A stretch of DNA of 64,000 nt. Source: an uncultured Oscillospiraceae bacterium (GTDB lineage Bacteria > Bacillota > Clostridia > Oscillospirales > Ruminococcaceae). The translations under genes were made by a program, and so were the position numbers. The notes beneath the pieces were generated by a model. It made no database searches and was not told where the DNA came from. It saw only the letters and a list, made by a program, of their open reading frames with translations. Where the stretch lies: positions 2,003 to 66,002 of the forward strand of contig CAZNJJ010000001.1 in assembly GCA_964573335.1 (NCBI GenBank). The letters are read 5' to 3'. How positions within the stretch are numbered: position 1 is the first letter of the stretch; every line of letters starts with the position of its first letter. Of the stretch, positions 28,472-38,065 are shown piece by piece.

Positions 28472-29487
28472 AAAACTCTTTCACGCTAATTTTTCTTTTC
28501 ATAAAGCAGCAGCTTGCGGAAAAGGTTTTTCTGCTCTGCGCCGCGATGTTTTTAACTCTTTTCTCCGCTTTTGCCCTGCTCTGCCCCGAGAGCCGACCTG
28601 TTTCGGCTCAAATCGGAGTTAGCTTTGACAGCAGCGAAAAGGAGCTTGAAACCGCTTTTTCCCCGATTTTCGATTCCCACCGACTAAGTTTCAGCTACTA
28701 CACTCCCGCCGAAATCGAAAGTATGAAGCGGGATATTATGCTCGGAAAACTGCATTGCGGCTATCTTGTTTCAACCGAATCGGATATTCCGATAACCGTG
28801 TTTGAAAACGACGGCTCTATTCTCACCCCCGCCACCGATGAAATCATTTTTTCGGCGTGGTTCACAGCCCGAATAGGCGATACAGCCCCAACGCTTTACA
28901 ACGGGCGTCATTCCGAGCTGATAGCCGAGGTAACAGAACGACAGCGCCTCACCGCAAAGCCGCTGACCGTAATTGTCGAAAGCACCCAAGCGCCTGTTCA
29001 AAACAATAACTATTCCGCAGTTTCGCCGCTGATATATGCCGTTGCCGTTTCAATGAGTATATGCTCCGCCGCTTTCTGCGCCGTTCTCACACAAAACAGC
29101 GGCAGGCAGGCGATAAAACTGCTCTGTTCTGCCGCAGGCAAAGGGCGAATAATTTTCTGCAAGGCGGTTTCGCAGGCGGCACTCTATTTTTCGCTGCTTT
29201 TAATATGCGAGGCGGTGCTTAGTCTTACCGGCGCGGCTCTCCCCTTTTCGATTGCGGCAAGGGCTGCTGCGGCGGTGGTGACGGCGGTATTCTGCGCCGC
29301 TGTCGGAGGAATTTTTTCCGCGATAACACCCTCTCGCACCCCGATTTGCATTATGATGCTCTGGTCGATAGGCTCGGTGCTTTTTTCCGGCGCTCTTATA
29401 TCGCCGGAGCTGTTCGGCAGAGCAGAATGGCTCAAGCTCATTTCCCCCGCGTGGATAGTTTTAAAACTTATGACAGCTTTAAGCTGA
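28468..29487 (+). CDS. ABC-2 type exporter permease
   Basis: Same topology; LFSGALISPELF...ISPAW; overlaps the previous stop (ATGA). Confidence 0.78.
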   Translation: MKNSFTLIFLFIKQQLAEKVFLLCAAMFLTLFSAFALLCPESRPVSAQIGVSFDSSEKELETAFSPIFDSHRLSFSYYTPAEIESMKRDIMLGKLHCGYLVSTESDIPITVFENDGSILTPATDEIIFSAWFTARIGDTAPTLYNGRHSELIAEVTERQRLTAKPLTVIVESTQAPVQNNNYSAVSPLIYAVAVSMSICSAAFCAVLTQNSGRQAIKLLCSAAGKGRIIFCKAVSQAALYFSLLLICEAVLSLTGAALPFSIAARAAAAVVTAVFCAAVGGIFSAITPSRTPICIMMLWSIGSVLFSGALISPELFGRAEWLKLISPAWIVLKLMTALS

Positions 29488-29506
29488 AAGAATATGGAGA
29501 GATAAC

Positions 29507-31573
29507 ATGAAAATACCTGAAATTCTCGCACCGGCAGGAACCATGGACGCGCTGAAAGCCGCCGTAAACTGCGGTGCCGATGCCGTTTACTTTGGCGGAA
29601 AGGCGCTAAACGCCCGCCGAAACGCTGAAAATTTTGACGAAGATGAGCTTCGTGAAGCTATAAGCTATGCTCATCTTCACGGAACAAAGCTCTTTCAGAC
29701 GCTCAATATCGTCATGTTCGACGGAGAGGAAAAACAGCTTCTTCTCACCGCCGAAACCGCCGCGAAATTAGGCGTTGACGCGGCTATCGTGCAGGATTGG
29801 GGCGTTCTTTCAATACTGAAAAGCGCCGTTCCCGAGCTGCCGCTCTACGCCTCTACCCAGATGGCGGTTCACAACCTCGAAGGGGCGAAAATCGCCGAAC
29901 AGCTCGGCTGTAAGCGAATCGTTCTCGCCCGAGAAATGACCGCCGCCGAGATAGAAAGGGTGGTAAAGGGCGTTTCGGCACAGGTTGAGGTGTTTGTTCA
30001 CGGAGCGCTCTGCATGAGCGTTTCGGGGCAGTGCTACCTCTCCTCTATGCTGGGCGGCAGGAGCGGAAACCGCGGTCTCTGCGCTCAGCCATGCCGTCTG
30101 CCATTTAACTGCGGCAGTGCAGACCACGCGCTTTCTCTCAAAGATCTTTCGCTGGTGGAAAGGGTAAAAGAGCTTTCGGCGCTCGGCGTTTCCTCACTGA
30201 AAATCGAGGGCAGAATGAAGCGCCCCGAATATGTCGCCGCCGCTGTCACCGCTCTGCGGCAGGCGCTCAACGGCGAACAGCCCGACATGAGCCGTTTGCG
30301 CTCGGTGTTCTCCCGCAGTGGCTTTACCACAGGCTATTTCGACGACAAACGTGACGGTGATATGTTCGGCATACGCCAAAAGGAAGACGTTACCGCCGCA
30401 TCGGGCGTTTTGGGCGAGCTTTCCCGCTTGGCGAACACCGATATAGGCGCTGTCGCCCTAGAGGGCGCTTTCACCGCCGAACGTGATATGCCGATTTCGC
30501 TTGCTCTGCGCGACGAGGACAAAAATTCGGTTTATGTTGAGGGGGAGATTCCGCAGATTGCCCTCAACAAGCCCACCGATGAGGAGAGAGTGCGTCAAAA
30601 TCTCGGCAAAACCGGCGGAACCGCCTTCCATTTTGAGGATTTGGATATTTCGCTTGATGACGGCTTGATGATACCCGTTTCGCAGATAAACGCCCTGCGC
30701 CGTGAAGCGCTCGACAAGCTCAGTGAGTCGCGCGAAAAATTGCGCCCCCTTGCCTTTTACGGGAAACTTCCGCCACTGCCGGAAAAGAAGTCCGATTCCC
30801 GCGGAAAACAGCTTTTGCGCGCCCGCTGCGGAGCAGAACAGCTTTCAAACGAGCTGATAAAAACCTGCGATGAATTTGTCGTTTCGTTAAACGATATTCC
30901 CGCGGCTCTCTCGATGGGCATTTCGCCCGAGCGTATTATAGCCGAAATTCCGAGAATGTTGTTTTCCGGCTCGGAAAAAGTCGCTTCTCAGCTCAAAAGC
31001 GCCGCGGCAAACGGCGTTCGCCGCGCGTGGTGCGGAAATATAGGTGCTTTAACACTCGTTCAAAACGCGAATATGGAGCCTGTCGGCGGCTGGTCACTCA
31101 ACATCACCAATCGCTATTCCCTCGCGGAAACGGGCAGGCTCGGCATTTCACAGCAGGAGCTTTCCTTTGAGCTGCCGCTCCCCCTCGCCGCCCGCCTTGC
31201 CGAAAACGGAAGCTGCGGCGCTGTGGTTTACGGCTATCTGCCGCTGATGGAATTTCGCAACTGCCCGATAAAGGCGCGCATCGGCTGTAAAGCCTGCGGC
31301 AGAAAAGCGAAGATAACCGACCGCATGGGAATAGAATTTCCCGTTCGCTGTCCGCAGGACAGGCTTTTTTCCGGCGAGAGCGAGCTTTTGAACTCAGTTC
31401 CGCTCTATCTTGCCGAGCGTGTGAAAGAATTTGCCGCGTTTGACTTTTTAACCCTCTGGTTCACCGAGGAATCCGCCGAACAGTGCAAAAAAATCGTCTC
31501 GGAATACCGTTCAAACAGACCTTCCTCCCTCCAAAGCTACACCCGCGGACTTTATTACCGAAATGTTCTTTAA
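29507..31573 (+). CDS. U32 family peptidase-like protein with DUF3656 (RlhA-like RNA hydroxylase family)
   Basis: PEILAPAG, GADAVY, EVFVHGALC.SVSGQC, NRGLCAQPCR, KIEGRMK. Confidence 0.9.
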   Translation: MKIPEILAPAGTMDALKAAVNCGADAVYFGGKALNARRNAENFDEDELREAISYAHLHGTKLFQTLNIVMFDGEEKQLLLTAETAAKLGVDAAIVQDWGVLSILKSAVPELPLYASTQMAVHNLEGAKIAEQLGCKRIVLAREMTAAEIERVVKGVSAQVEVFVHGALCMSVSGQCYLSSMLGGRSGNRGLCAQPCRLPFNCGSADHALSLKDLSLVERVKELSALGVSSLKIEGRMKRPEYVAAAVTALRQALNGEQPDMSRLRSVFSRSGFTTGYFDDKRDGDMFGIRQKEDVTAASGVLGELSRLANTDIGAVALEGAFTAERDMPISLALRDEDKNSVYVEGEIPQIALNKPTDEERVRQNLGKTGGTAFHFEDLDISLDDGLMIPVSQINALRREALDKLSESREKLRPLAFYGKLPPLPEKKSDSRGKQLLRARCGAEQLSNELIKTCDEFVVSLNDIPAALSMGISPERIIAEIPRMLFSGSEKVASQLKSAAANGVRRAWCGNIGALTLVQNANMEPVGGWSLNITNRYSLAETGRLGISQQELSFELPLPLAARLAENGSCGAVVYGYLPLMEFRNCPIKARIGCKACGRKAKITDRMGIEFPVRCPQDRLFSGESELLNSVPLYLAERVKEFAAFDFLTLWFTEESAEQCKKIVSEYRSNRPSSLQSYTRGLYYRNVL

Positions 31574-31584
31574 GGAGAATTTTT

Positions 31585-32238
31585 ATGAAGCTCGGCTACA
31601 ACACCCTCCTGTTTGACCTTGACGGAACTCTCACCGATTCCGCCGAGGGAATACTTAACTGCGTTCGATTTGCGCTCGAGCCGCTCGGCATAGTCGAAAC
31701 CGACCAAAAGCGGCTTTACAGCTTTATCGGGCCGCCACTTTTCGATTCCTTTAAGCGGCTCTACAATATGGACGATGAGCTTGCCGCGAAAACCGTGGCT
31801 CTCTACCGTGAGCGTTACAGCACGGTGGGCAAATTTGAAAATCGTGTCTATGACGGGATACCTCTGCTTCTCAAGGAGCTGAAAGCTGCGGGCTATCGTC
31901 TGATTCTCGCCACGGCAAAGCCGGAGATATTCAGCTTTTCGATAATGGAGCATTTTGGGCTTTCCCGCTATTTTGATTTCATGTTCGGCTGTGACGAGAG
32001 CAAAAACCGCATGAACAAAGCCGATGTTATACGGGATATAATTTTTGCCCTGCCCGACATCACAGGCGAAAACACCGTAATGATAGGCGACCGTGACCAT
32101 GATGTTTTCGGCGCTTTGCAAAACGGAATCGACTGCATCGGCGTTCTTTACGGCTTTGGTGACAGAGAGGAGCTTCAAACTGCCGGAGCGAAATATATAG
32201 CCGAAACTGTCGGCGAGTTGCGAAAACTGCTGCTCTGA
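31585..32238 (+). CDS. HAD-superfamily hydrolase (phosphoglycolate phosphatase/nucleotidase-like)
   Basis: DLDGTLTDS, ATAKP, MIGDRDHD. Confidence 0.92.
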   Translation: MKLGYNTLLFDLDGTLTDSAEGILNCVRFALEPLGIVETDQKRLYSFIGPPLFDSFKRLYNMDDELAAKTVALYRERYSTVGKFENRVYDGIPLLLKELKAAGYRLILATAKPEIFSFSIMEHFGLSRYFDFMFGCDESKNRMNKADVIRDIIFALPDITGENTVMIGDRDHDVFGALQNGIDCIGVLYGFGDREELQTAGAKYIAETVGELRKLLL

Positions 32239-32273
32239 CACCCCTCTCCCGCCGAATACTATTCGACAACAGC

Positions 32274-32312
32274 AAAAATCCGCTCCGTTTTTTAAAACGC
32301 AGCGGATTTTTT
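32274..32312. terminator. Bidirectional terminator
   Basis: aaaaatccgct...agcggattttt. Confidence 0.7.
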
Positions 32313-32518
32313 TACTTTTTCTTTTGCAGTTTTGTTTTGTTGCCCTTTTCGTCAACGAAATATATCTTGTCTAAGTGCGCCGTCAAGCTGCGGCGGTAGC
32401 TCTCGATATATTCCTTTCTGAGCGCCTCACGCTCGGCTATTTCATGCTCCAAAAGCTCCTCGCCCGCTTTTACCCTGCGGGCGTATTCGTTAATCTTATC
32501 TATCTTATGCTGTTCCAA
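32312..32518 (-). CDS. DUF896 (YnzC-like) protein
   Basis: KIDKINEYA...EREALRKEYIESYR...DEKGN. Confidence 0.88.
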   Translation of the reverse strand: MEQHKIDKINEYARRVKAGEELLEHEIAEREALRKEYIESYRRSLTAHLDKIYFVDEKGNKTKLQKKK

Positions 32519-32536
32519 GCTGTTTTAAAGCTCCTT

Positions 32537-33373
32537 TCAAAGCGGCTTTTGACCGCAGATACATCTGCTTATTCCCGCCATATCCTTGTTCGCGAATATA
32601 TCTATAAATCCGCTTTTACGCATTATCTCGGCTATATCATTGGCCTGACGGTAGCCGCCCTCAAAAAGCAGGCAGCCGCCATTTTTCAACAGCCTTGCGG
32701 CAGTTTCGGCTATCGAACGATAATAGTCCAAACCGTCCTCGCCGCCGAAGAGCGCCGTTTCAGGCTCATGTCTCACCTGAACCGAAAGCTCGTTCATTTC
32801 GTCAGCCGTTATGTATGGCGGATTTGACACTATCATATCCAGCTCGTTTGGCAAAACACCGCTCAAATCGCCGAAAACATCAGCCTTTATCGCCTTTACC
32901 CTATCCTGCTTCAATTCCGAGATGTTTTCGCATAGATAAGAATAAGCCTCGTCATAAAGTTCAACAGCGAAAACCTCGCAGTCCTTGCAGTTTTCGGCTA
33001 TCGCAAGCGCTATGGCACCTGTTCCCGAACACAAATCGGCTATCTTGGCATTTCTTCTGCCTTTGAGCTTAGTCAGCGCCGTTTCAACCGTTATCTCGGT
33101 ATCCGCTCTGGGAATAAGCACCCCCTCGCCGACCTTCAGCGTCAGCCCGAAGAAATCCCATTCTCCCAGAATATATTGTAGCGGATAGCCGCTTTTCAGC
33201 ATTCGAACATCGCTTTCCACCGCTTTTTTCTGCTCCTCGGAGACCGGCAGTTCCGGCTGCAAAAGGCGAACATTCTTGCCGAAATACTTGTTGAAAAGCT
33301 GATGCAGATCAAACTGTGCGTCTTCATACTGCAAATCACCTTTCAGCTCATTGAAAAAAGAAGCTATTGTCAC
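32537..33373 (-). CDS. prmC: Release factor glutamine methyltransferase PrmC
   Basis: PLQYILG, VLIPRADTE, DLCSGTG, NPPY, EPETALFGGEDGL. Confidence 0.95.
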   Translation of the reverse strand: MTIASFFNELKGDLQYEDAQFDLHQLFNKYFGKNVRLLQPELPVSEEQKKAVESDVRMLKSGYPLQYILGEWDFFGLTLKVGEGVLIPRADTEITVETALTKLKGRRNAKIADLCSGTGAIALAIAENCKDCEVFAVELYDEAYSYLCENISELKQDRVKAIKADVFGDLSGVLPNELDMIVSNPPYITADEMNELSVQVRHEPETALFGGEDGLDYYRSIAETAARLLKNGGCLLFEGGYRQANDIAEIMRKSGFIDIFANKDMAGISRCICGQKPL

Positions 33374-34302
33374 CAGTTATCCTGCTCCTTGTCCTCCGGA
33401 ATACAGGGCAGCATGGCGGCTATCGCCGCTTCTATCTCGCCCGCGTCCGGCTCATTTGTGGTAAATCTCTGCATCCAAAGTCCCGGGGCGGAGATTATCC
33501 GTGTCACCACGTTGTCATAACGCCCCGCAAGCTTGATTATCTCGTAGGTTATTCCCACCACTATCGGCAGGCAGATGAGCTTGAGCGCTATTCGAACTAT
33601 CAGCTTATCCCATGTCACCATAGAAAAAACCAACGCCGAAACTATCAGCACTATGAGAATAAAGCTGGTTCCGCACCTCGGGTGAAAGCGGGAATGGCGC
33701 TTTACGTTTTCCACAGTCAGTTCTTCTCCCGCCTCATAGCAGGCGATGGTCTTATGTTCCGCGCCGTGATACTCAAATACACGCTTTATATCCGACATTT
33801 GGCTGATTGCTATAATATACACCATGAATATAGCTATCTTTACCACCGCCTCGGTGAGAGCCAGCAGCCACCGCATCGTAATAAAGGGTCTTATCAGCGA
33901 AACCAAAAACGTAGGCAGCACCATAAATAGCAGCAGCGCCAGCAAAACGCCCAGCACCATCGCAAATCCGCTCAAAATCTTTGAGCCGCTTGCGCCCAAC
34001 AGCTTTTCGAGCTTTTTTTCAAACTCGCTCGGTTCTTCTTCAAAGCCGGCAATATCGGCAGATTTCATCAGGCATTTGTAGCTGACTGCCATGCTGTCGA
34101 TAAAATTAAAGCTGCCGCGGATAAAGGGCGCCTTTTTATACCACGGCTTTTCTCCCTTTTGGGTTTCCCACTGAGAGATGTCAAGCTCGCCGTCAGGCTT
34201 TCTCACAGCCATCGCGGTAACAAAGGGTCCTCTCATCATAACGCCCTCGATAAGCGCACTGCCGCCTATCGAGGTCTTTTTTCTCTCGTTGGTATTAGTC
34301 AA
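33370..34302 (-). CDS. DUF1385 domain protein
   Basis: IGGSALIEGVMMRG, FEYHGAEHK, HPRCGTSF. Confidence 0.92.
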   Translation of the reverse strand: MTNTNERKKTSIGGSALIEGVMMRGPFVTAMAVRKPDGELDISQWETQKGEKPWYKKAPFIRGSFNFIDSMAVSYKCLMKSADIAGFEEEPSEFEKKLEKLLGASGSKILSGFAMVLGVLLALLLFMVLPTFLVSLIRPFITMRWLLALTEAVVKIAIFMVYIIAISQMSDIKRVFEYHGAEHKTIACYEAGEELTVENVKRHSRFHPRCGTSFILIVLIVSALVFSMVTWDKLIVRIALKLICLPIVVGITYEIIKLAGRYDNVVTRIISAPGLWMQRFTTNEPDAGEIEAAIAAMLPCIPEDKEQDNW

Positions 34303-35753
34303 TGTGTTTCCTCCCCACCCTGTTCGGGCGATTTTTGATGCAGCTGCTCATAGAGCTGCGCGTTTGGTATGCGAATGGTGACAGTTGTGCCCTCTCCCAG
34401 CTTGGAATCCAGCTCCAAACTGCCCTCAAACGCGGCAACAAGCTCATCTGCCACGGCAAGACCTATTCCGGAGCCGCGGCGGGTGAGATTAGCCTTATAG
34501 AACTTCTGCTTTATCTTGGGAAGATCCTCGGCGCTTATTCCGCAGCCGGAATCCTTCACAGACACCACAAAATATCTGTCCTTTTCATAGACCGAAACAG
34601 AAACGCTTCCGCCCGCGTCGGAATATTTTATGGCGGTGTCTATAAAGTTTATGAATACCTGCCGCAGGCGGTTTTTATCCGCCATAACGACAGCCGCTTC
34701 TATCTGTTCGTCGTAGTCGAGTGTCATTTCCTCGCGGCGCGCCTTTTCGGTATACATCAGCACCGCTTCTTCCAGCTCGGCTAGCAGGTCTATCTTTTCG
34801 ATAACAAGTCTCAGCCTGCCGGATTGCATTCTCGAAAAGTCCAAAAGCTCCTCCACCATGAGTGAGAGGCGGTCAGTCTCGTTTATGATGACCTTCATTC
34901 CCTTTTGAATCGTTTCTCTGTCGCCGTCGTCCGCGTCGCGGATAGTCTCACTCCAACCCTTTATGGCGGTGAGCGGCGTTCGCAATTCGTGCGAGACAGA
35001 GGAGATGAACTCGTTTTTCATCTTTTCGGAATTGCCCAATTCCTCCGCCATGTAGTTTATCGTTTCGCAGAGGTTGCCTATCTCGTCGTCATGCTGACTT
35101 TCAAGTCTGGTGGCAAAATCGCCCTGCGCTATTTTCCTGGCGGTTTTTCCTATCTCGGTGACGGGGATAACTATCGAATTGATAAAATAAAATCCCGAAA
35201 GCACCATAAAGAATATGATGATAAGTCCGAAAATTATAGCGACTATGATTATCATAGTCACAAGCCTGTCCACGTTGGAAAGTGATGCCACCAGTCTGAC
35301 GGCGGTTATGCTCTCATCGCTGACAGGCGCTATAACGCTTATCGCAAGGATATTTTCACTGCCTATCCGCCCTTGAAAGCTGCCTATTCCATCGGGAGAA
35401 ACAAGCGCCTTTTCAAAATCCGGCATAGATATTTTATCCAAAACCGGAAAGCCGGAGGATGTGCCGGTTATTCCGCCGTAGGCATTTACTGCCATAAGCT
35501 CCATACGGTCACGGTTTTCAAAGTTTTCTATCAGCGTTCTAACCTCACGCTGATAGTTGAGAGAGGGGTCATCGGCATACTTGGCGAGCAGAGTGCTTAC
35601 GGTGTTCGCCTGAGACACAAGCGCCTGCTCCGCCGAGGAATAGTAGAACATTCTTATTCCCACGGCACAGAAAATCTCCAGCAGAATCAGAATCGTGATG
35701 ATGATTCCGAGGCTTCCCGTCAGCCAACGGGTAGTTATATTTCTGCGCGCCAC
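34299..35753 (-). CDS. HAMP-domain sensor histidine kinase (N-box Asn replaced by Thr)
   Basis: 2 TM, HAMP (DEIGNL), SHELRTPL, NFIDTAIKYS, DSGCGI, GSGIGL. Confidence 0.93.
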   Translation of the reverse strand: MARRNITTRWLTGSLGIIITILILLEIFCAVGIRMFYYSSAEQALVSQANTVSTLLAKYADDPSLNYQREVRTLIENFENRDRMELMAVNAYGGITGTSSGFPVLDKISMPDFEKALVSPDGIGSFQGRIGSENILAISVIAPVSDESITAVRLVASLSNVDRLVTMIIIVAIIFGLIIIFFMVLSGFYFINSIVIPVTEIGKTARKIAQGDFATRLESQHDDEIGNLCETINYMAEELGNSEKMKNEFISSVSHELRTPLTAIKGWSETIRDADDGDRETIQKGMKVIINETDRLSLMVEELLDFSRMQSGRLRLVIEKIDLLAELEEAVLMYTEKARREEMTLDYDEQIEAAVVMADKNRLRQVFINFIDTAIKYSDAGGSVSVSVYEKDRYFVVSVKDSGCGISAEDLPKIKQKFYKANLTRRGSGIGLAVADELVAAFEGSLELDSKLGEGTTVTIRIPNAQLYEQLHQKSPEQGGEETH

Positions 35754-35807
35754 GAAAATCATCACCTTTCTTTAAAATTCTGCGGAAAATCATCCGCTTT
35801 TCCCTTT

Positions 35808-36500
35808 TTACGGCACCCACTTGTAGCCGAATCCCCAAACGGTGGTCACATAGCGGGGACTGGAGGGTTCGTCCTCCACCTTCATTCTGAGGCGGCGGAT
35901 ATTAACGTCAACTATCTTTACATCGCCGAAATAATCCGGTCCCCAAACGGCAGTGAGTATCTGACTGCGTTCAAGGGCGGTTTCGGGGTTGTTCATAAAC
36001 AGCTCCATTATCTGAAACTCCACCTGAGTCAGATCAAGCTCCACTCCCCTTTTGGTGACGGTTCTGCTCTTGAGGTTGAGCGCAAACGGACCGGAAACTA
36101 TCTCATTGGAGGGCTTTCTCGGAGAGGACATCGACACTCTGCGGTGAATCGCGTCAACCCTTGCCAAAAGCTCGGAGGGAGAAAAGGGCTTGGTGATGTA
36201 GTCGTCCGCGCCGAGCATAAGACCGTTTACCTTGTCCATTTCCTGGCTTTTTGCGGTGAGCATGATTATTCCCAGCGAATCGGAGCGCTCGCGCAGCTTT
36301 TTGCAGACGGTAAATCCGTCCATTCCGGGCATCATAACATCAAGAATCACAACGTCAAACGGCTCGTTCGCGGTATCATAAGCGGTTATCGCGTCAAGTC
36401 CGTTTGAAACATCGGTGACGGTATAGCCGGCTCGCTTGAGATTTATCACCACAAAATCGCGGATAGCGTCCTCGTCCTCTGCGATTAAAAGATTTTTCAT
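35808..36500 (-). CDS. OmpR/PhoB family response regulator
   Basis: EDE, LDVMMPGMDG, GADDYITKPF, VDVNIRRLR.K. Confidence 0.96.
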   Translation of the reverse strand: MKNLLIAEDEDAIRDFVVINLKRAGYTVTDVSNGLDAITAYDTANEPFDVVILDVMMPGMDGFTVCKKLRERSDSLGIIMLTAKSQEMDKVNGLMLGADDYITKPFSPSELLARVDAIHRRVSMSSPRKPSNEIVSGPFALNLKSRTVTKRGVELDLTQVEFQIMELFMNNPETALERSQILTAVWGPDYFGDVKIVDVNIRRLRMKVEDEPSSPRYVTTVWGFGYKWVP

Positions 36501-36539
36501 ATTATAAGCTCCTTTCCTTTTTCGGAGTAGGCATTATTT

Positions 36540-37850
36540 TCAAAGCAGTTCAAACAGCTTTTCAGCCGTTTCGTAGCTTATCGAATATCCGGGGTATCTT
36601 CCCTCGGGAATATATATCTGATAGCTGTTTACGCCCTTTTGTGCTATCGTTTTATACTGCGACGTTTCAAATTTGTCCTGATAGTCCGAGGGGGAAACCA
36701 CCTTTATCCTCAAAAGCTCAACATCGGATTCATACAATGTGGAATTGTATATGACAAACCGCCATTCGCCGTTATCGGTCTGCCGCTTTACCGTTACGGT
36801 GTTTTTCCAGCTCTCGGGCATCTTAAAGCTGTATCCCGCGGCGTAGTTCACCGCCTGACACAAAACGCTCTGAAGCTCTCCGTTTAAAACGCTCATGTAT
36901 TCCGTTTGATATATAGCCTCGCTCTCCTGCGAGTCCTTATATCCGGGCATCAGATAGGAAACGGGAATATCTATCAGACCGTCGTTGTTTACATCGGCGC
37001 AGACCGAGGTGGGAGTTCCTCTGTCAAAGCTCTCGAATATCCCCAGTTCCTCATAGTCTATCGCCTCTATAACGGCGCGCTGTGTATCAACGGCGGCTAT
37101 CCTCGTCGTCATATCATCAGGGCCGGTATATATGTCGGCGAATATCGCGGAAAGCCCCGGGGTAAGCTTACCGAAGGTGATTTTTTCGTAGTCGGTGAGG
37201 GAAGCGGGCATATCCACCTCGCTCGTCCTCACTATTCTGCCGGAGCGGTACTTCACCAATGACATAACGGCAGGTCGGGTGAGATTTTTGGTGCAGAGCA
37301 AAAGCTCACATAGGTCATTTTCGTCTATATCCTCGATAAGAATCTCGTTGTAATCTCCCTCATAGCTGACCGAGGTGCTGCCGTCGATATAAGAATATAT
37401 CTTACAGCGTCCGCTCTCCTGCCCCGCTATCGACCAGCCGACTATTATATTGTCGCGCGTGACATCTTCAACAGAGGCAAAGTCGATAAAATCTATCTCG
37501 CCGCCCTCACCCGGCATCTGATGACGGCATTTCCATATTCCGTTATCCTGCGTCAAAACGCTCATCCAGTTTGAAGTTACTCCGTTTACCGTCAGCTCAT
37601 AGAAAACGATAGCCTCCAGCGTTCCGTCCTTATCCAAATCATCAAAAACGCAGGCGGAAAGATTTGAGCCGCGGCGGGGATATTTCAGCTTAAAGGCATC
37701 TGTTCCCACGGCAAGCTCAATCGCATCGTAGATAGCCGATTGCTCGGCGGTGAGACGGGGCGGCTTTAAAAGCTCGTTCACTCCGAATTGCAATTCACCG
37801 CTGCATGAGCAAAGCATCAGCAGCGACAGCAGCAAAGCTATTATCTTCAT
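36540..37850 (-). CDS. Lipoprotein with FG-GAP/VCBS-like DxDxDG repeats
   Basis: Lipobox LCSC; DLDKDG, DIDEND, DVNNDG motifs. Confidence 0.75.
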   Translation of the reverse strand: MKIIALLLSLLMLCSCSGELQFGVNELLKPPRLTAEQSAIYDAIELAVGTDAFKLKYPRRGSNLSACVFDDLDKDGTLEAIVFYELTVNGVTSNWMSVLTQDNGIWKCRHQMPGEGGEIDFIDFASVEDVTRDNIIVGWSIAGQESGRCKIYSYIDGSTSVSYEGDYNEILIEDIDENDLCELLLCTKNLTRPAVMSLVKYRSGRIVRTSEVDMPASLTDYEKITFGKLTPGLSAIFADIYTGPDDMTTRIAAVDTQRAVIEAIDYEELGIFESFDRGTPTSVCADVNNDGLIDIPVSYLMPGYKDSQESEAIYQTEYMSVLNGELQSVLCQAVNYAAGYSFKMPESWKNTVTVKRQTDNGEWRFVIYNSTLYESDVELLRIKVVSPSDYQDKFETSQYKTIAQKGVNSYQIYIPEGRYPGYSISYETAEKLFELL

Positions 37851-37888
37851 CGAAGTGTCCTCCCTCCCGCTAAAAGCTATACTATATT

Positions 37889-37916
37889 ATTATACCACCC
37901 CTAAAAATACTGTCAA
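37889..37916 (-). promoter_or_regulatory. sigma-A promoter of the lipoprotein-RR-HK operon
   Basis: TTGACA-16-TATAAT on the minus strand. Confidence 0.7.
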
Positions 37917-38065
37917 TCTTGCAAGGGAGTATAAAAATGAACAGTGTGTTATATTTTTTGGCGGGCAGAATAGTATCCGCCGTCACTTTATTTTATACCC
38001 GTCATGTGGTAAAGTTACATTTAAGGACTAAGCACAGCTTTCCTTTTTTTGAGAGGAGAAAAAAG

